DNA of 64,000 nucleotides from Kofleriaceae bacterium (GTDB lineage Bacteria; Myxococcota_A; Polyangia; Haliangiales; Haliangiaceae): NCBI GenBank assembly GCA_046597055.1, contig JBKJLC010000037.1, positions 32,001 to 96,000 of the forward strand, read 5' to 3'. Shown piece by piece: positions 58,653 to 64,000 of this stretch (position 1 is its first letter; each line of letters starts with the position of its first letter). The notes under the pieces were generated by a model. It saw only the letters and a program-made list of their open reading frames with translations, ran no database searches and was not told where the DNA came from. The position numbers and the translations under genes were made by a program.

Positions 58653-59906
58653 ATGTCCGCGAACCCGCCTGCGATCGTGGCGCCCGCCGGCGCCGGCCCG
58701 CGCTGGTCGGTGCGTCGCCTCGGCGCTGCCCCGCACCGGCTGCTCTTCTTCGCCGGCGCGAGCAACCTGATGCTCGCGATGATGTGGTGGGCGGCCTGGA
58801 TCGTCAGCCTGCGCTGGCCGACCGTGCTCGGGCTCCCGTACCCGCCGGTGTTCCCCGGCTGGCTGCACGCCTTCGTGATGCAGTTCCAGGTGCTGCCGAC
58901 GTTCATCTTCGGGTTCCTGTTGACGACGTTCCCGAAGTGGACGAAGCAACCCGAGCTCGCGCCGCGACGGTTCGTGCCGGTCGGGCTCGCCCTGATCGCC
59001 GGTCAGCTCGCCACGCTCGCCGGGGCGCTCGGCTCGCACGTCGCGATCGTCGTCGGGGTCGGGCTGACGCTCCTCGGCTGGAGCGCCGCGCTGGTCGCGC
59101 TGGCGCCGATGCTGTGGCGCGCGCAGGGGACGACGTGGCATGCGCGGTCCTGCGTGGCCGCGCTCGTGCTGGGGTACCTCGGCATCCTGGCGTTCGCCGG
59201 GTTCCTGCTCGGGGCGTCGCCGAGGTGGGTGCCCGTCAGCATCGACCTGGGCACCTTCGGCCTCTTGCTGCCGGTGTTCTTCACGGTCGCACACCGGATG
59301 CTCCCGTTCTTCGCTGCTGGCGTCGTCGCCGGCTACCAGCCGTGGCGGCCAGGCTGGCTGCTCGCGGCGGTGTGGGCCGCGGCGCTCCTGCACCTGGGGC
59401 TCGGGCTCGCCCATGCCTCGCGCTGGAGCTGGACCGCGGACGGCGCGCTGCTGGTGCTGACCGCGGTCGCGTGGTGGCGGTGGTGGCCACGCGGCGCCCG
59501 GTCGGGGCTCCTCACCGTGCTGTTCCTGGGCCTGGCCTGGTTGCCGATCGCGATGGCGCTGTTCACCGTCGATGGGGTGAGCTTCGTGGCGACCGGCGCC
59601 CACCTGCTCGGGCGTGCCCCCAGCCACGCGCTGTCGATCGGATGCTTCGGGAGCCTGCTGGTCGCGATGGTCACCCGGGTCACCCAGGGGCATTCGGGCC
59701 GTCCGCTGGTGATGCCCGCGGTGGCGTGGTTCACGTTCATCGCGTGCCAGCTGATCGCCGGGGCGCGCATCGCCGCGGAGCTGGTGCCGGACCCGTACGC
59801 CTGGTTCGCGGTCGCGGCGGTCGGGTGGCTGGTCGGGTTCGGTCCGTGGGTGGCGCGGCTCGGCTGGATCTACCTGGCGCCCCGGGTGGACCACAAGCCC
59901 GGCTGA
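58653..59906 (+). CDS. nnrS: NnrS family heme-copper membrane protein
   Basis: APHRLLFF, WLHAFVM, FIFGFLLT, RMLPFF, HAL, MVTRVTQGHSGRPL, PRVD. Confidence 0.9.
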   Translation: MSANPPAIVAPAGAGPRWSVRRLGAAPHRLLFFAGASNLMLAMMWWAAWIVSLRWPTVLGLPYPPVFPGWLHAFVMQFQVLPTFIFGFLLTTFPKWTKQPELAPRRFVPVGLALIAGQLATLAGALGSHVAIVVGVGLTLLGWSAALVALAPMLWRAQGTTWHARSCVAALVLGYLGILAFAGFLLGASPRWVPVSIDLGTFGLLLPVFFTVAHRMLPFFAAGVVAGYQPWRPGWLLAAVWAAALLHLGLGLAHASRWSWTADGALLVLTAVAWWRWWPRGARSGLLTVLFLGLAWLPIAMALFTVDGVSFVATGAHLLGRAPSHALSIGCFGSLLVAMVTRVTQGHSGRPLVMPAVAWFTFIACQLIAGARIAAELVPDPYAWFAVAAVGWLVGFGPWVARLGWIYLAPRVDHKPG

Positions 59907-60554
59907 TCAGCGGGCCGCGGCGCCGCGGAGCACGAGCACGACCGCCGCGAAGTGACAGATCGCCGCGGCGATCACCAGGGCGTGGAAGACCTCGTGATAT
60001 CCGAACACCCGCGGTGCGGGGTCGGGCCAGCGGAGCGCGTAGGTGAGGGCGCCCACCGTGTAGAGCACGCCGCCGGCGATGATCGCGGCGAGCGCCAGCG
60101 CGCCGGTCGTGGCGGCCACCACCGGCAGGTAGACGAGCACCGACCAGCCGAGCAGGACGTAGAGCGCGGCCGCGATCCAGCGCGGCGCGGTCGGCCACAC
60201 CAGCGCCCGCATCGCCCCGAGGACCGCGCCGGTCCAGATCACGACGAGCAACCGCAGCCCATCGGTGCCGCCGATGCCGAGCGCGCACAGCGGCGTGTAC
60301 GTGCCGGCGATGAACGTGAAGATGGTCGCGTGGTCCGCGCGTTGCCACCACCGCCGTGCCGCCGGCCGCCAGCCGCCGCGGTGGTAGGAGGCGCTCACGC
60401 CGAACAGCGCCGCCAGCGTCACCGCGTACACCGCGACCGGCCAGCGGCCGGTGAGCGCCAGCAAGGCGGCCCCCGCGCCGAGGGCCACGAAGAACGCGAA
60501 CTGGTGCGAGACCCCGCGGAGCCGGGGCGGTGCGCGCAGGATCTCGGTGCTCAT
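59907..60554 (-). CDS. hemolysin III (PAQR) family protein
   Basis: PRLRGVSH, SASYH, RADHATIF..IAGTYTP, GYHEVFH. Confidence 0.9.
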   Translation of the reverse strand: MSTEILRAPPRLRGVSHQFAFFVALGAGAALLALTGRWPVAVYAVTLAALFGVSASYHRGGWRPAARRWWQRADHATIFTFIAGTYTPLCALGIGGTDGLRLLVVIWTGAVLGAMRALVWPTAPRWIAAALYVLLGWSVLVYLPVVAATTGALALAAIIAGGVLYTVGALTYALRWPDPAPRVFGYHEVFHALVIAAAICHFAAVVLVLRGAAAR

Positions 60555-60644
60555 GACCGCAGGGTGCGCCCGGGTCCGTCACGGTCGGGTCGGGCCTCGC
60601 TCACGATGTGCACAGGAGCCGTGGCCCGCCCGGCCGCCCCTGCG

Positions 60645-60890
60645 TCAGTCGAAGATCTCCCACCACGACCGGCGCTTGCCACCGGCGCGGCGGTCGTCGT
60701 CGCGGTCGTCGTCGTCGTCGCGCTGGGCGTCGCGGTGGTCGGGGCCCTCGGCCGGCGCCGCGCGGGCGATCAGCTTCTCGAGCTCGCCTCGATCGAGCCA
60801 GATGCCGCGGCAGCCGTCGCACCGGTCGATGGTGACCCCATCTCGCTCGACCTCGGTCAGCTGCGAGGTTTCGCAACGGGGACAGGTCAT
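60645..60890 (-). CDS. zf-TFIIB zinc-ribbon protein
   Basis: MTCPRC...IDRCDGCRGIWLDRGELEKL; ends SWWEIFD; GGAG RBS. Confidence 0.85.
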   Translation of the reverse strand: MTCPRCETSQLTEVERDGVTIDRCDGCRGIWLDRGELEKLIARAAPAEGPDHRDAQRDDDDDRDDDRRAGGKRRSWWEIFD

Positions 60891-61109
60891 GGCTCGACTC
60901 CTGGATGGTTGATGAGAACGTTCGGTCGGCATCGGTCCCCAAGTTGACGCGTGGACGGCCCCGGGCAATGCGGAAGAGTCGAAGTGACGGCTCCGCTTTC
61001 TCGAACCGAGGGGGGCGTGGATGGTTTGGCGGAAGCGAAGCCTCGGCGCCGGATTTGGGCATCGACGTGCCGGCCGGGGCGCCCTATCGAGAGCAACCTG
61101 GAGGCCCCC

Positions 61110-62216
61110 ATGGAACTGCTCTATCTCGGGTTCATCGCGTTCATCCTGGCGCTGCTCGCGCTCGACCTCGGCGTCTTTCACCGGACCGCGCACGTCGTGC
61201 GGGTGAAAGAAGCGCTGGCCTGGTCGGCCGTGTGGATCTCGCTCGGGCTCGCCTTCGCCGGCTTCATCTACGCCGGCTACGAGCATCGATGGTTCGGGCT
61301 CGGCACCGGGACCGACACGATGGTGACGCCGACCGTGGGCGCCGACGGCGTGGTCGTCTACAACGACGGCGCCTCCGCCACGATCAAGTACCTCACCGGC
61401 TACCTCGTCGAGAAATCGCTCGCGGTCGACAACATCTTCGTCATCGCGATGATCTTCGGCTTCTTCGGCGTGCCGGCCATGTACCAGCACCGGGTGCTGT
61501 TCTGGGGCATCGCGGGCGCGCTGCTCATGCGCGGCGCCATGATCGCGGTCGGCGCGGCGCTGATCGTGCGCTTCTCCTGGATCGTCTACGTGTTCGGCGG
61601 GTTCCTGGTGCTGACCGGCGTGAAGATGCTGCTGCTGCGCGGCGCGGCCGCGGACCTCGACCAGAACCCGGTCGTGCGCCTGGTGCGGCGCCTGCTTCCG
61701 GTGACCGAGCGCTACCACGGCGAGAAGTTCGTGGTCCGGGCCGGCTCCGCCGCCAGCCGGGCCCCTGCCACCCCAGGTGCGCCGGTCGAGCGCGATCGCG
61801 TGGTCGAGGCCGCCCGCACCGGCGCGCTGCTGGTGACGCCGCTGTTCCTCGCCCTCGTGCTGGTCGAGCTCACCGATGTGATCTTCGCGGTCGACTCGAT
61901 CCCGGCGATCTTCGCGATCACGACCGACCCGTTCCTGGTCTTCACCAGCAACGTCTTCGCGATCCTGGGCCTGCGCAGCCTGTACTTCGCGCTGGCCGGC
62001 GCGATCGACTCGTTCCGGTACCTCAAGGCCGCGCTCGCGTTCGTCCTGATCGTGATCGGCGTCAAGATGCTGACCCACGCGTGGCTCAAGGCGTGGCTCG
62101 GCGCGAGCTTCAACTTCTACGTGCTCGGCGTCGTCGGCGGGATCATCGCGATCGGCGTCGTCGCCTCGCTGGTGGCGCGTCGAAGGATGGTCGGCGCTGG
62201 CTCGGTGGTGCCGTGA
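61110..62216 (+). CDS. TerC/Alx family membrane protein
   Basis: LALDLGVF, EKSLAVDNIFV, QHRVLFWG, DVIFAVDSIPA, SNVFAILGLRSLYF; GGAGG RBS. Confidence 0.92.
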   Translation: MELLYLGFIAFILALLALDLGVFHRTAHVVRVKEALAWSAVWISLGLAFAGFIYAGYEHRWFGLGTGTDTMVTPTVGADGVVVYNDGASATIKYLTGYLVEKSLAVDNIFVIAMIFGFFGVPAMYQHRVLFWGIAGALLMRGAMIAVGAALIVRFSWIVYVFGGFLVLTGVKMLLLRGAAADLDQNPVVRLVRRLLPVTERYHGEKFVVRAGSAASRAPATPGAPVERDRVVEAARTGALLVTPLFLALVLVELTDVIFAVDSIPAIFAITTDPFLVFTSNVFAILGLRSLYFALAGAIDSFRYLKAALAFVLIVIGVKMLTHAWLKAWLGASFNFYVLGVVGGIIAIGVVASLVARRRMVGAGSVVP

Positions 62217-62227
62217 CGCCGGCGCCG

Positions 62228-63142
62228 TCAGCGTGGCGCGAGTCGAGCGAACAGGTCGCCGCGGGCCGCATCGCGGATCGCGAGCACCGCCGGGTGGACC
62301 AGGCGGCGCTCGGCGGAGATCGCGTAGAAGCGTTCCTTGACGGCCTCGACCCGGCCCACCGGGACCAGGTCGTAGCGGGTCCGCACCACGTCGATCACGA
62401 CGGTCGGGACGAACACCATCCCCATCCCGTCGGCCGCGAACGCCTTGAGCAAGGCGCTGTCCTCCGCCTCGGCCAGGATGCGCGGCCTCACCCCGATCGA
62501 GGCGAACCATGCGTCGAGGTTGCGGCGCAACGCCGAGCCCTCGAGCGGCAGGAGCAGCGGTGCCCCCTCGAGCGACGCCGGAAAGTCGCGGCGGAACGTC
62601 CGGGCCAGGCCCACCGGGCCGACCAGCGTCACGTCGCAGCCGCCGAGGAGATGATGGAAGGCCTTGATCGTGGACGCCGGCGGGACCGGGGCATCCGCGA
62701 TCACCAGGTCGAGCGTGTGCGCCGCCAGCTCGACCAGCAGGCGGTCGAAGCGGTCCTCGCGACAGACCAGCGCGACGGCGGTCGGCCCTTCGAAGGCGGG
62801 CGCCAGGAGCGTGCGCACGAGCAGCTTGGGCACGACGTCCGAGATGCCGACCACCAGCCGGCGCGGCCGGTCACCCGGTCGATCCCGCAGCACCTCCTGC
62901 AGCTCGCGGCCGAGCCCGAAGATCTCGTCGGCGTAGCGGTAGGTAACCCGGCCCATCTCGGTCAGCTCGAGGCGTCGGCCACGCTTCTGGAACAGCTCGA
63001 GCCCGAGCGCCTCTTCGAGCTTGCCGATCTGCCCGCTCAGGGTGGGGGCCGACAGGCGCAGGAGCTTGCCGGCCGGGGCCAGCCCACCTTCCCGAGCCAC
63101 GACCCAGAAGTAGAGTAGATGGTGGTAGTTGAGCCATTCCAT
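62228..63142 (-). CDS. nhaR: LysR-family activator NhaR
   Basis: MEWLNYHHLLYFWVVAREG, EDSALLKAF, FYAISAERRLVHP. Confidence 0.88.
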   Translation of the reverse strand: MEWLNYHHLLYFWVVAREGGLAPAGKLLRLSAPTLSGQIGKLEEALGLELFQKRGRRLELTEMGRVTYRYADEIFGLGRELQEVLRDRPGDRPRRLVVGISDVVPKLLVRTLLAPAFEGPTAVALVCREDRFDRLLVELAAHTLDLVIADAPVPPASTIKAFHHLLGGCDVTLVGPVGLARTFRRDFPASLEGAPLLLPLEGSALRRNLDAWFASIGVRPRILAEAEDSALLKAFAADGMGMVFVPTVVIDVVRTRYDLVPVGRVEAVKERFYAISAERRLVHPAVLAIRDAARGDLFARLAPR

Positions 63143-63173
63143 GGGTCGGTCGCGCACCCTAGCGCACCCGGCC

Positions 63174-64000
63174 TCATGGCGAGGTACCGGTCCGGGCCCA
63201 CACGGCGACGTGATCGCGAATGTAGTCCGCGACGGTTCGCGGCGGGTGGCCGAGCAGGCGGGCCAGCGTCGGATCGATGCGCCGCTCGTCGGCACGACGG
63301 AGTTCGGTATGGAGGACGGTCTGGACCAGGGCCTGCTTCCACGGCAGGTCGCGCCGCTTGCGGAGGTGGCGCAGGTAGCCGACGATGCTCGCGGGTTGGT
63401 ACGTGATGGCTCGTCCAAGATGGAGCGTCAGGAGCGCGGCCACCTCGGCGAAGCTGGCGACGGCCGCCCCCGTCAGCGTGTAGCCGGCGCCGGCGTGCGG
63501 CGCCGGGTTGGCGAACACGTCGGCCGCGACGGTCGCGATGTCACGGACATCGACCCAGGCAACCCGGCCGCGGCCACACGGGACATGGAGCCGGTCGTCC
63601 TCACGGATGTCCCGGCGGTACGCGTCGCCCAGGTTCTGCGCGAAGAAGCCTGGGCGGAGGAACGTCCACGCCGTGGTCGTGGCGCGCAGGTGGCGCTCGG
63701 TCGCGTGGTGGGGCACCAGCGGATTGCGGGCAGCGCCGGCGACGGACAGGAAGACGATCTGCGTGTGGCCGGCCGCGATGGCCGCGTCGATCAGGGGATG
63801 GAGGGTCTCGGCGACGTCCGCGATGGCGGGTGGCCGGAGCAGGAACATCGCATCGCAGCCCGCGACCGCCGCCGGATAGGTCGTCGGCTTCCGCAAGTCG
63901 AGGACGGTCCGGTCAGGCGCGTGGACCTCGATCCCGCGTGTCTCGAGCGCGCGTGCGACCTGACGACCCACGTTGCCGCTCGCGCCGACGATCAGGACGC
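63174..64000 (-). CDS. NmrA-family NAD(P)-binding protein (5' end outside window)
   Basis: VLIVGASGNVG, FLLRPP, LRPGFFAQN, VDVRDIA. Confidence 0.85.
   Translation of the reverse strand, partial: VLIVGASGNVGRQVARALETRGIEVHAPDRTVLDLRKPTTYPAAVAGCDAMFLLRPPAIADVAETLHPLIDAAIAAGHTQIVFLSVAGAARNPLVPHHATERHLRATTTAWTFLRPGFFAQNLGDAYRRDIREDDRLHVPCGRGRVAWVDVRDIATVAADVFANPAPHAGAGYTLTGAAVASFAEVAALLTLHLGRAITYQPASIVGYLRHLRKRRDLPWKQALVQTVLHTELRRADERRIDPTLARLLGHPPRTVADYIRDHVAVWARTGTSP

Noticed and set aside
60890..61110. yybP-ykoY riboswitch upstream of terC
   Set aside because: Could not recognise the conserved elements by eye; needs an Rfam/Infernal scan

Overview
High-GC bacterial DNA, probably Myxococcota (inferred from gene families, lipoprotein signals and sigma-54 usage). 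Most of the window is a low-oxygen respiration cluster: a cbb3 oxidase operon (fused ccoNO, ccoQPGH, DsbD-like, ccoI, ccoS), a clade II nos operon, hemN, a 7-gene multiheme-cytochrome/beta-barrel operon (about 67 heme motifs), three CBS proteins, nnrS, and a globin-coupled histidine kinase with an NtrC-type activator. These units share sigma-54 -24/-12 promoters and a GCGCA-N5-TGCGC palindrome, and I saw no FNR boxes there. The NO reductase (qNOR) survives only as a 203-bp scar. The cluster is interrupted at about 37.3-55.6 kb by a probable island with a decayed transposase and a tightly coupled 5-gene operon of unknown function (possible clan-CD-like His/Cys protein, DUF6603 protein, three large conserved hypotheticals). 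This operon is the best candidate for an undescribed system. The left end has an MFS transporter, an ice-binding (DUF3494) lipoprotein, a patchwork of gene fragments and a trypsin-4xPAN protease. The right end has hlyIII, zf-TFIIB, terC, nhaR and an NmrA gene. All family calls are from motif recognition, not database searches.
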